A stretch of DNA of 61,027 nt from a virus. Shown one piece after another: positions 11,901 to 19,884 of this stretch. The position numbers and the translations under genes are program-made. Numbering within the stretch: position 1 is the first letter of the stretch; each line of letters opens with the position of its first letter. The stretch is taken from UHGV virus genome UHGV-1381707, one strand, 5' to 3'. A model generated the notes under the pieces. It was not told the DNA's origin. It saw nothing but the letters and a program-made list of their open reading frames with translations, and did no database searches.

Positions 11901-13070
11901 GTCCTCCGTGGCAATCCCAGCGTCGTTGATTTCCTTTATAAAAGAATCCCATTTTGAATTTAAGACTTCTTCAAGGATATTATTCCGTCCATCACTCATC
12001 CCATCGATGAATGTGCTAAAACTCTTGGTAACACTGGAGAAGAAATCCTTGGCTTCTTCAAAATCGCCGAAGATGAGCTCCCAGGTTTTAGCCCAGCCAG
12101 ACTGAGCCGTCTCCTTCATCACATCGAACATCTGCGTGAGCGTGGTAACTTTAGTTGCCGCTTCAAAAGCCTTTTTACCTATATCAGTGGTCTCACTCGC
12201 GTATTTTTTGAGAGTCTCAACAAGGACATCAGTCGTCATCCATTGAGCACTAAGAGATTCGTTGAAATTTCTCGTAGTGGTAAAGAGATCAGAAACATTA
12301 CCATTCAAATCTGTTGTTGTAGATTGATACTGATCTCCTACTTCAATAAGCGTGCCCAATTCTAAGGCCGTCTGGATTAATTGATCTTTGAATTCGACGG
12401 TCGACATATTGGCATTTTCAATGGATTTCCAATCGATGAGCTTGACATGCCCGGCCGACAAAGCCTGAGCAAAGTTATACATTGCACGAGACGCTTCATT
12501 AGCATTGGCTCCAGACAACGCCGCCTCATTACTAATACCCTGAATAGCCATGACGGCGTCTTCAAGTTTAACGCCAGCGTTTGTGAACTTACCAATATTT
12601 TGGGTCATGTCAGAAAACGAGTAAATAGTCTTGTCCGAATATGTATTCAATTCTTCCAAGTACTTATTTACCGTTTCGATATCTTCTCCGGTAGAGGCCA
12701 TAATGGTTCTAACGGAGTTCATCTTCAACTCATACTCGCTAAAACCAGTCGTTACAGGATCTATCGTTAAAGCCGAAACTATTCTTTTTCCAGCATTAAC
12801 TGCGGAGTTTGTTATATTAGCTAGAGCAGTTACCCCCATGACTTCCAAAGCCGAAAATTTAGCCTGAACAGTTTCGACCGCTCCACTGATTCCAGACATA
12901 TTAACTTTTTTGGCGGTAGCGTTAATGTCCTCTAATCCTTTTGTGGCTCCGTTAAAGTTCAATTTTTGCTTAAGCTTATCGATGGTGCTCATGCTAGTTT
13001 GAACATTTCTTTCGAATTGAGCGTTGTCAAACTGCATGGAAACTACTCGTTCTTCGACTTGTTTGCTCAT
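5967..13070 (-). CDS. tail tape measure protein, 2367 aa, with LysM domain and membrane-spanning repeat region
   Basis: Position after the tail chaperones. Long helical protein with a LysM motif (YIVVKGDNLTKIARRYG...IYPDQVLKL). Four or five tandem hydrophobic repeats (KDAKVGGTLFAMAAAIGILALVA...). Four tandem KDGGWAQDILG...FGEGIVAYG repeats near the N-terminus. Confidence 0.85.
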   Translation of the reverse strand: MSKQVEERVVSMQFDNAQFERNVQTSMSTIDKLKQKLNFNGATKGLEDINATAKKVNMSGISGAVETVQAKFSALEVMGVTALANITNSAVNAGKRIVSALTIDPVTTGFSEYELKMNSVRTIMASTGEDIETVNKYLEELNTYSDKTIYSFSDMTQNIGKFTNAGVKLEDAVMAIQGISNEAALSGANANEASRAMYNFAQALSAGHVKLIDWKSIENANMSTVEFKDQLIQTALELGTLIEVGDQYQSTTTDLNGNVSDLFTTTRNFNESLSAQWMTTDVLVETLKKYASETTDIGKKAFEAATKVTTLTQMFDVMKETAQSGWAKTWELIFGDFEEAKDFFSSVTKSFSTFIDGMSDGRNNILEEVLNSKWDSFIKEINDAGIATEDFNEKLKETAKEQGISVDKLIEEHGTFANVIAKGLIPTEAYVETLEKFDAKTEEAAASLTRANEYIVVKGDNLTKIARRYGTTWKELYKLNQDIINDPNLIYPDQVLKLTDAQLENMGYTKEQINVLRDLAKEAKETGTPMNELVTAMGKPSGRQLLFDTLKNTMSAILGVMNEIGGAWSEIFPPENLVSGLTKLIENLHAFSEGLVLNDDKAEKLRRTFKGLFAILDIIGTIVGGPIKLAFKIINKILGMFGYSMLDVTANVGDALVAFRDWIDSIFDVEGAFNFIMPYLKTAGGWIKDMAIKVKDWVASCEGIKKVSEYFRNAFSGIKEWFAGLKTADNIPQYIIQGLANGIRNGASVVWSAVTYLATSLINKIEEVLDIDSPSKVMITIGGFIIAGLVTGILDGIPGVGDALGGIRDKISEVLGGIEWGSLFSGGVTAGLVATLFNIGVGFKNLTKPLDGVGEVLEGTGEILSSTSEVIEKSAKPIKKILNNASKVVKNFSKILGGISMNLKAEAIKSIAVAIALLAASIWVLAQLDTGKLWGAVGAIAVLMGLVGGLTFIVGKFGPTEGMQFAKMAPLILSIGVAVILMSSALKKIASIDPNQFDQAIGGLLLMMGGIAAIVLIFGKTVKGSSAKSVGQLGKTILGISVALLLLTGVIKILSMMDPSAFKQGLSCVAALATLVVILMAATNLFAKDAKVGGTLFAMAAAIGILALVAVLLGSIDRGKLIQGGIAVAVLGGIIVGLMAATRLFAKDSKTGATLLAMAAAIGILALVALMLGSVKTESLIKGGVAVLALAGIIVGLMAATKLFAKDTKVGMTLLAIAGAIAILGLTASLLGFIPVENLVRGTVAVTALAGVVVGLMAATRLLGGKGSKMAQTLLAMAGAVAILAGVAIVLGFIPLPNLIKGVAAVSVLTLLMSLMMKASKNAAGAFKSILAMAGVIAVMAIAVGVLSFIEADKLAASAMSIGGLMLVMAGVMISISKCGKISKGAIVSLAIMGLVVAELGIILGLITLFPLENSIQAAVSLSILLIGMSAACLIVKNIPLKGAAEGALGLVAFVGIIAALLAALGGLSKIPGFNELIKDGGETLALIGYAIGNFVGSIIGGLAAGLTSGLPEIGTNLSLFMINATPFIMGVKMVDVSVLEGAGILAGTIIALTVADVIHAIGQFVGGDFIGLGKDLSAFMAAATPFIMGLKMVTPEMSAAAGNLASLIMAITVADVIDGIKSMLGLEGGIDTFGEKLAGFGESMKDFLESIKDLTNDDLTRVDIAAQAGSKMADMANKVPKEGGWAQDILGSTDMKKFSEGIVAYGEALVAFSGSVNTLKDADFDRVKIATDAGVALAGLQNDIPKDGGWAQDILGASSFKTFGEGIVAYGGALVRYAQAINDITADDANKISMSVDAGAALADLNNKIPKDDGIWQWATGSRDMGKWGEGIVNFAKGLSDYIAVAKTIEESDAEAIKNTGTVIDELKKVAEKVPSSGGWWAGIAGSKDAGGFGEAIRSLGVGIKVFIASVKNINDDSITQIKNSGDAITAIKDATENVPTDGTKMQNISSFITTMTSVVDGILDYIDSSYGVSDEGIEAINKSKTASEAIVEVVNSIGEIDSTKVTSAIENIQSMIGIISEMTITNFTGADKFKGALDTLASADVAGFGATMKSLGESGLNEFITAFTESSAKAAEAGETLISSVTNGITSGKEALGAAVQDVVAYIMNKTPMFSMVGRLLMMAFKLGISSQASSVKEVMASIIDSCSSVSITDYLKFYNAGSYLVDGFVAGISANSYKAEAQAAAMADAAYEAAKEELDVNSPSKVFRKLGTSVPEGFAMGIDKLGGMVERSSVSMARSAISGTQDAISRIVDVINSDIDTQPTIRPVLDLSEVSSGAGAINGMLGIKPSVGVISNINSIGSMMNSRQNGTNSDVISAIRELGKTIGSGSGDTYTINGITYDDGSNITDAVKTLVRAARVERRR

Positions 13071-13444
13071 AGTTTAGTAACCTCCCTCCAAGCATCTTTT
13101 GCAATTTTATCGAAAAGAGGCTGGATAGCAGGATTGATGTAATCTCGCCCCTGTACCCAGCCTCCATTCCCGGTTCCATGGCCATACTGAAGAATTATGG
13201 CGATTGGAACCCCATTTTGAACATTCGAGTTGTGAAAAGAAATAGAGACTGATCCTTTTTTACGATCTATCTCGTAATACCAGGAACTTGCCGTGAGACC
13301 GGAGTCGACAGGTGTCGCGGATGAAAGAGCGGCAACACCTTCTCGACCATAACGATCAAGATCCCCGAGACGAACAGCCTCTTTAACTCTCTCCATGAAT
13401 CTGGTCAGTTTGGAGAAGTCGCCCTTTTGTCTGAAACTAATCAT
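13067..13444 (-). CDS. hypothetical protein (125 aa)
   Basis: ORF overlaps the tape measure start by 4 nt (translational coupling). Confidence 0.4.
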   Translation of the reverse strand: MISFRQKGDFSKLTRFMERVKEAVRLGDLDRYGREGVAALSSATPVDSGLTASSWYYEIDRKKGSVSISFHNSNVQNGVPIAIILQYGHGTGNGGWVQGRDYINPAIQPLFDKIAKDAWREVTKL

Positions 13445-13467
13445 ACTCCGACCCCCAATGAATGAAC

Positions 13468-14358
13468 TTACAGTTTATTAAGATACTTCTTATCAACGCT
13501 GCCGGTCACGGCACCGGTCTTAAGTGTGGATACGACAACCTTATCGCCATTGATCTGACGCACATAAAGATCGGTATTGTAAACCCAGCTAGCAAACTTA
13601 ACATTAGTTCCGTATACCGGCGCTCCGTTGTCCAAACGAACTTTTTCGCCAACAACGAAAGTTGGAGCAACCGGAACTGGCTCTTGTTTACTATCTTCAG
13701 ATTTTTCACCGACAGTTACGATAAACCCATCAAAACCCGCCGCTTCAAGCTTGGCAAGCATGTTTTCAGCATTTTCCTTTTTGCTAAATGCGCCAACCTG
13801 TACTTTATAGAGAACCCCAGTCTCTGATCCGGAAAGCTTTTCATTCACTTTTTCGGCAATCTCACCATGCCGATTGTACAGATAATCACCAGGACAAGCC
13901 TTGCTCGCAAACCATCTATGTACGGTCATATTCTGCTTGTCAACTTGGCCAATAAGAGACTTGTCGCCTTTCCAAAGAAGTTTTTTAATGCCATTACGCT
14001 TGCAAATGTCTGCGACCAATTCGATCAGAGCGTCATACGCCTTATCGGTAACCGCATACGGATGAGTATTGTCGCTGGCCACTTCAATGGTCACAGCTCG
14101 GTTATCGTTATCTGCCGAGGAGCTGCACCAGGAGCGATTTTTCTCTTCTACGTACATTCCGATTCTTCCATCAAAGCCAATTCCGTAATTAGAAGAAGCT
14201 TGTTTGGTCTCAGGAGCAAAAATTTCACCAAGTCTTTCGACTGTAACTTGACCCACTACACAATGGATCGTTATCGTGTCGATTTCATGGTTTCTCAACC
14301 CAGAATGGTTAGGGCTAAGTTTCGTATAATCGACCAGAGGGCTATTTGTATAAGCCAT
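13468..14358 (-). CDS. N-acetylmuramoyl-L-alanine amidase (Amidase_2/PGRP fold) with SPOR domain and C-terminal SH3-like region; endolysin-like
   Basis: Amidase_2-like motifs NRAVTIEV and HRWFASKACPG. SPOR-like segment VQVGAFSKKENAENMLAKLEAAGFDGFIV. Confidence 0.7.
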   Translation of the reverse strand: MAYTNSPLVDYTKLSPNHSGLRNHEIDTITIHCVVGQVTVERLGEIFAPETKQASSNYGIGFDGRIGMYVEEKNRSWCSSSADNDNRAVTIEVASDNTHPYAVTDKAYDALIELVADICKRNGIKKLLWKGDKSLIGQVDKQNMTVHRWFASKACPGDYLYNRHGEIAEKVNEKLSGSETGVLYKVQVGAFSKKENAENMLAKLEAAGFDGFIVTVGEKSEDSKQEPVPVAPTFVVGEKVRLDNGAPVYGTNVKFASWVYNTDLYVRQINGDKVVVSTLKTGAVTGSVDKKYLNKL

Positions 14359-14364
14359 TACCCA

Positions 14365-14916
14365 TCATCCTTTCGTTCCATGTTGTCTTCTTCTAGCGGC
14401 ATTCAAAGCAGCATTCTGACTCATTATTTCTCTTCTGCTTCTCTTCTTAGGAGGAGAGTTTTTGATATTACAAACTTTAATTAGCGTGAGAAGACGATTT
14501 AGATGCCACTTCTGATACTCTGGGGGAATATTAAATGCCACCATCCAGTAGTAAATAAGTTCTGAAGTAACAGTCTCGGAATTTTTTCCTCCAGGTCTAT
14601 CTTCCGAAAAGTAAGTAGCCGTCATCGAATCGGCAATATAATCGTTAACTTCATTAATATTACTTGCTGTCAAAAACCTATACACATCCGGATCGACGTT
14701 TTGTGTTATGGTCATGCATTTTATGTAGTCCAAAGTTTCTTCGTAAGTCTTTTCGTTTTTAGTTAAGAAAGCTTTTTTCCACTTAGATTCCCATTTTGAA
14801 ATAGAGATGAGAGAATGCTCCAATTGTAACGTCTGTTCCTTTGTGGTGATGAATTCTTGTTTTTCCTCATCCCATTGCTCCACGGCCGGTATTGTAATAG
14901 AGAGCATCCCACTCAC
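14365..14916 (-). CDS. tail assembly chaperone (183 aa)
   Basis: One of two genes between the tail tube and the tape measure; basic C-terminus. Assigned from position. Confidence 0.4.
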   Translation of the reverse strand: MSGMLSITIPAVEQWDEEKQEFITTKEQTLQLEHSLISISKWESKWKKAFLTKNEKTYEETLDYIKCMTITQNVDPDVYRFLTASNINEVNDYIADSMTATYFSEDRPGGKNSETVTSELIYYWMVAFNIPPEYQKWHLNRLLTLIKVCNIKNSPPKKRSRREIMSQNAALNAARRRQHGTKG

Positions 14917-14937
14917 CTCCTATTATTTTCTTTGTTA

Positions 14938-15339
14938 TTAAGCCAGGGGCTTAAGCGCGGGAGCGGAAGCCGACTGGGCCATATCCGCAGGAACAATACC
15001 ATTTACGAACTTAGCAGCGGCGTCAGCATCGGTGGCCAGCTCCATAAAGATTTGAGAGTATGCTTCGGTCTGGGAGAAAGCCGCAGAAATGTCGTCAGAT
15101 TTGATAAACCGTCTTCCATCCGGACTCTTCTCGCCGTAAGCTCTCAATACAAGTTCTTTGAAGATTTTAATAATAGCCGGAGCATCTTGAGCAGCCACGA
15201 TTTTCTGAATGGTTTCAGCCAAACCACCAGTAGTGCTCATTTCCATTTCCATAACCTCTGCTTTTGTGAGATTGAAATAGAAGTCTTCGGTGCGCTCGAC
15301 ACCATTGTAGTCAGTGAAAGTAACAGTCTTTTTAATCAT
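14938..15339 (-). CDS. tail assembly chaperone (133 aa)
   Basis: Acidic small protein directly after the major tail gene. Assigned from position. Confidence 0.4.
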   Translation of the reverse strand: MIKKTVTFTDYNGVERTEDFYFNLTKAEVMEMEMSTTGGLAETIQKIVAAQDAPAIIKIFKELVLRAYGEKSPDGRRFIKSDDISAAFSQTEAYSQIFMELATDADAAAKFVNGIVPADMAQSASAPALKPLA

Positions 15340-15423
15340 TATTAATTTTCTCCTTTCGAAAATAAAAAGAGGGACCGCCAGCCTAACTGAATACGGTCCC
15401 CATTTGTCATGTTATTTTGGACA

Positions 15424-16080
15424 TTAACCAGCAGCGGTCATAAGAGTTTTAATCTCATCGGGCAGAGGCAGACGAGCTTCCTCGGATTCGCTACCATACA
15501 GAATGTCTTCCAGAGCAGCCAGCTTAGTAGCATCGGCCTTAGTGGAATCGATGGTGATAGACGCAGTGGGCTTAGCGCCGGTCACGTTCACGGGAGTAGT
15601 GGTCACTTCCCAAGAGAAAGTAATCGCCTCGGGGCTATCATTGATAGTGGCGTAGCCCTTCTCGGAAGGAGCGGCCAAACATCCGTAGATGATATGCAGC
15701 TTATAGCCGTAGTCGTTACCGTCCACGTCATTACCCAGAGTGGTACGATAGCACAGACCGAAAGTCTTACGAGCCTGCTGACCGATATAGACGCCATCAA
15801 CAAGCGCCGCGGACCCATCGCACTCGGCAAACTCATCGGGGTAAGTGTAAGCTTCGATGGTCGCGCCAAACTCCTCGGTAGACATAAGGTTGAGGTATTT
15901 GATGTCATCGGCATACAGAGGAGTAGCCTCAGCACCAGAAGGGCTCTCGGTAACGGCAGTCAAACCGTTCCAAGCAACACCCTTGGAATACACCCCAGCG
16001 GTCGGAATGTACAGAACGCCATTCCTTACACCAGTTTCATACAGACGTTCGCCAGTCTGATCCCAAACCAATTTAGACAT
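15424..16080 (-). CDS. major tail (tube) protein
   Basis: Likely start is the second ATG (MSKLVWDQTG...) after AAAGGAGGACAC. Thr/Gly-rich protein of ~218 aa between the connector genes and the chaperones. Confidence 0.55.
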   Translation of the reverse strand: MSKLVWDQTGERLYETGVRNGVLYIPTAGVYSKGVAWNGLTAVTESPSGAEATPLYADDIKYLNLMSTEEFGATIEAYTYPDEFAECDGSAALVDGVYIGQQARKTFGLCYRTTLGNDVDGNDYGYKLHIIYGCLAAPSEKGYATINDSPEAITFSWEVTTTPVNVTGAKPTASITIDSTKADATKLAALEDILYGSESEEARLPLPDEIKTLMTAAG

Positions 16081-16094
16081 ACATGTGTCCTCCT

Positions 16095-16400
16095 TTAGTA
16101 ATATAATGTAAATACATAGTGATTGAGATTGTCCGCCGAATAGCATCGATCGAATCTACAATAAGGTAAACGTGAAATTCTATCGACATACTGACTATCC
16201 GGATCGGGATCAATCAGAATTACCGAATAAGCTTTTGACTGCTTATAGGGCAAATCGTTAGCGTTAACCCTTTCGATATCAGACAGAGAATATCTGATAG
16301 CTGGATACTTCATTGTTACGGACTCAGGAGGCTGGAAATAGGCGTTTCTAGACCCCAAAATATCACAGAAAACTTCATGCAGTTCGAGTCTGTCACCCAT
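16095..16400 (-). CDS. head-tail connector/tail completion protein (101 aa)
   Basis: Position between the capsid and tail tube genes; overlaps its neighbour. Confidence 0.3.
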   Translation of the reverse strand: MGDRLELHEVFCDILGSRNAYFQPPESVTMKYPAIRYSLSDIERVNANDLPYKQSKAYSVILIDPDPDSQYVDRISRLPYCRFDRCYSADNLNHYVFTLYY

Positions 16401-16716
16401 TCCAAACGCCTCCTAAGCTAAGTATAAGTCTAGGGTACTGCACTTCGACGTTAGTAATCTTCCATGCAGTTCCCATAAACTCCGCATAACGCATCGAATG
16501 AAAATTATTCATGGCGTATGGATCGGCTACAATGCTTAGCTCATTCGATATATTAATATCATCATTAAGCTTGTCAGCGGTTTGAAGTCGACGAGTATTT
16601 CGAGTCAAATCACCATAATAGTTACGCTTGGTGACCTGTTCTTTCCATACGCCAGGCGTGGTTTCCACCGTTTCAGCATAGCCGATTACTCCATACCATT
16701 TAGCCATGTCATTCAC
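16393..16716 (-). CDS. head-tail adaptor protein (107 aa)
   Basis: Position directly after the capsid gene. Confidence 0.3.
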   Translation of the reverse strand: MNDMAKWYGVIGYAETVETTPGVWKEQVTKRNYYGDLTRNTRRLQTADKLNDDINISNELSIVADPYAMNNFHSMRYAEFMGTAWKITNVEVQYPRLILSLGGVWNG

Positions 16717-16742
16717 TCCATTTTGAATTGTAAGCGCTTACA

Positions 16743-18626
16743 TTAACCAGCGGCACTATCCGCAACCGGCTCTTCCAGAGCGATAGCAGAGTAGACTTTA
16801 GTCAGAGCACCAGAAATGCGAGTCTCGATGAGGTACTTGTACTGGTTGAAGTCGATGTCGAACTGGTCGAACTTGGTGATTTCGCCGCCCTTAGTGGAAC
16901 CGATCTGATAGTCCTTCAGGTTAACAAACAGGCCAAGCAGCTTGTGCTTCTTGCTCTCCGCATCAGTCCGAACTTTACCTTCAAACTGCTCAACGGTGTG
17001 GATCGCGACAACGTTCAGCGCAGCAGCCAGGTCGGCCTTGGAAGAATAGATGCGACGACCATTCAGGTCACGGGCCAGCAGCATGACATTCAGCAGGTGA
17101 GGAGTACAATAGAATTCCAGAGAACCACTACCCTTATACTGCTCACGAGCATACAGCGCGGCGGTGATAATAGCCTCGGCATAGATGTAGTTCTCACCGA
17201 AGTTCGCACTGGTGTTGGTACCCTGAAGCTCCGAACGAGCAGCCTCGATATCAACATCGGCATGAATAGTATACAAATCATCGTCATTCCAAATGGAACG
17301 AACATGAGTCTCGTCGATCTTCATTTCGTCGCCGTCCTCACGACCGTCACCGATCAGCACGGCACGAGCGATTTCCTCTTCGAGATTGCGACGCATAACA
17401 CCCCACTGATACTCAACGACATCAAAGTCAGTGATGTCGATGATGTCATCGCGGTGCATAGCATCCTTCCGATAGATGGTCTGAGGATCAGTAGTACGGG
17501 ACAGCAGTTTGATGTTACCAGCGACCTGCTTCTCCTCGCCTTTCTTATAGCCACGAGCACGCAGTTCCTCAGCTCGAGCATCGGCCTGACGAGTCCGAAT
17601 ACGGCTGATGGGGCTTTTGTGAGTTCCGCGCATAACATGGTCGACCCACGTCAGATCACGCTCAAGAAGTTCGGGAGCGGCGGAACCAAGAGTCTTGTAA
17701 TCGGGGAACAGCGTTTCGATAGCGTCCTTCCCTTCGCTGTCAACAAACCCATGCTTCAGATCGCCATTCTCCTCAGCATAAATCTTCAGAGCGGTCTGCA
17801 AGCTACCAACATTATTAGCTTTGGCCATGGTGATGATGGCCTGCTGGTCAGCGTGGCTCAGAACGCCTCCCTCGCGTACTTCTTCCTGATCAAATACATT
17901 GTGCTTCATATTGTCGTTTCCTCCTTTAGTTTTTTCCTCGTCTTCTTTACCAGCTTCTTCAAGCGCCTGACCGATCATAGCATACACTACGGTCTTCTGT
18001 TCTTCATTCAACGTGTTGAACACGTCGGCGATGGTTTTTTCGTCATCGGTTTTCTTTGTCTCTTCAGCCACACTATCATCCTCCTTTTTATCATCAGCAT
18101 GAGAAAGTGCTTCGGATCTTTCCATGGCATTCTCTTCGGCCTCGGAATCTTCATCGGTTTTCTCATCTTCAGCATGGCATAGCGTTATGTCTTCGCCAGT
18201 AAAGATGATAGCCTCCTCTTCAGACGCCTCGCCGTGCTTAATGATTGAATCAATGAATGCGCCGGGATTAGCTCCGGCAAGAACAAGACTAACCTCTCGG
18301 ATAGCCCCATGAAGGACATTTCCCCCTTGCTGCTTAAGTTGATTGGCATAAATGGATAATGCGGAAACATCGCCATGCTCTACCAGCAACTTAGCATTCT
18401 GACCCGATTCGGTATCATTAAACTTGCAATATGCATAGACACCTTCATCCCGGTTTTCAAGTTTTGCATGACCGAGAACGTTAAGCGGATCATTGTGTTG
18501 ATGATTCCAAACCAGAGGGACGGTCTGTCCGTCATTATCTCGGAATGCGTCTTTTAGAATGGTTCGGCCATCAGAACATTTGAGATTTGCTCTAGTCGCC
18601 CATCCACTAAAGTCAAACACTTCCAT
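16743..18626 (-). CDS. prohead protease / acidic scaffold-like linker / HK97-fold major capsid protein fusion
   Basis: Start MEVFDFSGW at 18626 after GGAAGGAG. N-terminus has S78-protease-like motifs (LVWNHQHNDPLNVLGH, VEHGDVSALSIYAN). Central Asp/Glu-rich segment. C-terminal ~330 aa resemble a capsid protein. Confidence 0.6.
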   Translation of the reverse strand: MEVFDFSGWATRANLKCSDGRTILKDAFRDNDGQTVPLVWNHQHNDPLNVLGHAKLENRDEGVYAYCKFNDTESGQNAKLLVEHGDVSALSIYANQLKQQGGNVLHGAIREVSLVLAGANPGAFIDSIIKHGEASEEEAIIFTGEDITLCHAEDEKTDEDSEAEENAMERSEALSHADDKKEDDSVAEETKKTDDEKTIADVFNTLNEEQKTVVYAMIGQALEEAGKEDEEKTKGGNDNMKHNVFDQEEVREGGVLSHADQQAIITMAKANNVGSLQTALKIYAEENGDLKHGFVDSEGKDAIETLFPDYKTLGSAAPELLERDLTWVDHVMRGTHKSPISRIRTRQADARAEELRARGYKKGEEKQVAGNIKLLSRTTDPQTIYRKDAMHRDDIIDITDFDVVEYQWGVMRRNLEEEIARAVLIGDGREDGDEMKIDETHVRSIWNDDDLYTIHADVDIEAARSELQGTNTSANFGENYIYAEAIITAALYAREQYKGSGSLEFYCTPHLLNVMLLARDLNGRRIYSSKADLAAALNVVAIHTVEQFEGKVRTDAESKKHKLLGLFVNLKDYQIGSTKGGEITKFDQFDIDFNQYKYLIETRISGALTKVYSAIALEEPVADSAAG

Positions 18627-19866
18627 TTTGAATTTCTCCTTCCTTATTAGTATCATCGAGATCTTCACCGGTTGACCCTTCGTCTTCTTTAGGCTGAGCA
18701 ATATTGCTGTTCACCAATTTATCAGCTTTAGGATCTTCAGACGGCATCATCCCGATAATCTGTCTAATTTCGTTAGAAGTCATAATCTCATTTCTCGTAA
18801 ATTTATCAGCTATTTCAGCTATGTCATTAACGGGAACCAGATTAAACGGATTTCTAACGAACAAAATCGACTGTCGCTGGGATCGAGCAGTTTTAGTTAG
18901 AAACTTTCGTTTCATCTCATCCACAATAGCGGCAATAATAGGCTCAATAGTTCGGTTGTAATAATTGAGCATTGTTTTGTCATCGGCCGTTCCATCCAAT
19001 ATGGACTGAGTAATCCCTAACTGGCTATATAACATGCTAGTAAGGTATTCAATCTGCTTCATTAGATTATTTTCTACCGGCCGATTCAATTGAGTCACGC
19101 GCTCCGTGCCATCGGTATAAGCGATTCCATACTTGGAACCTGCTAATTGCATTTCGATGTCTTTTCTTCGCTGTTCTGCCTGTTGACGTCTAGTCTCCGT
19201 TTTAATGACATAAGGGAGTTGAATGATTAAATCCAACTTTCCAGAACCGCTTTGCTCATCGATAGCATCCAGTAGATTCAGTTTTCGAATCAATCGCTGC
19301 ATGGTAGAATTAGGTTCATTCATGACTGCATACAGCGGATTCTCGATTATAGCCACCGTACTTTTCGGCACCATAATGTCTTGGCGCTTTCCACTTTTCT
19401 CATTGTAAACTCGAACCATGACTTTGTTTGGATACCATTCAATAATCTTACCAACTCGCATTGTTAAGATGTCATAGGAAGTCGTCACGTCAGGATTGAA
19501 GGTGGTATCTATTGGTACAATAGCTACGCCTCCTTCGTCCAATAAAGACATGACAACATCTTGCATGAAGGCCCGTCCAGTCTGGTCAAGATTCGCATCA
19601 AGCGTCAGACAATTATTTAGTCCAGAATTAACTTCCTCTTTGAACCGATTATTTTCATCCAATCTAACATGTTTAATGTCGATTGCCGATACGTCCAAAG
19701 CGATGCGATTATAGACAGAGGTGACTATCGAACGCTCGTTTCTCCTGGCCAGTCGAATTCTATCGGGTCTGTATGTATAGCTATCCCCGACATTGCGATA
19801 ATAGTCAGTCGGACTTCGATTCATGAAAGCATTCCAAGCATGTTGAAGTCTATCTGTAAAACCCAT
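18613..19866 (-). CDS. portal protein
   Basis: 417 aa directly after TerL; size, position and acidic C-terminus are typical of portals. Confidence 0.75.
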   Translation of the reverse strand: MGFTDRLQHAWNAFMNRSPTDYYRNVGDSYTYRPDRIRLARRNERSIVTSVYNRIALDVSAIDIKHVRLDENNRFKEEVNSGLNNCLTLDANLDQTGRAFMQDVVMSLLDEGGVAIVPIDTTFNPDVTTSYDILTMRVGKIIEWYPNKVMVRVYNEKSGKRQDIMVPKSTVAIIENPLYAVMNEPNSTMQRLIRKLNLLDAIDEQSGSGKLDLIIQLPYVIKTETRRQQAEQRRKDIEMQLAGSKYGIAYTDGTERVTQLNRPVENNLMKQIEYLTSMLYSQLGITQSILDGTADDKTMLNYYNRTIEPIIAAIVDEMKRKFLTKTARSQRQSILFVRNPFNLVPVNDIAEIADKFTRNEIMTSNEIRQIIGMMPSEDPKADKLVNSNIAQPKEDEGSTGEDLDDTNKEGEIQNGSV

Positions 19867-19884
19867 TTTGAATTTCTCACCTCC

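Noticed and set aside
6727-12867. About ten plus-strand ORFs of 70-250 aa inside the tape measure gene (for example 9343-10086 and 10147-10806)
   Set aside because: Antisense to a 7.1-kb gene with strong coding periodicity on the other strand. Their Pro/Ala/Ile-rich translations are typical mirror-frame artefacts.
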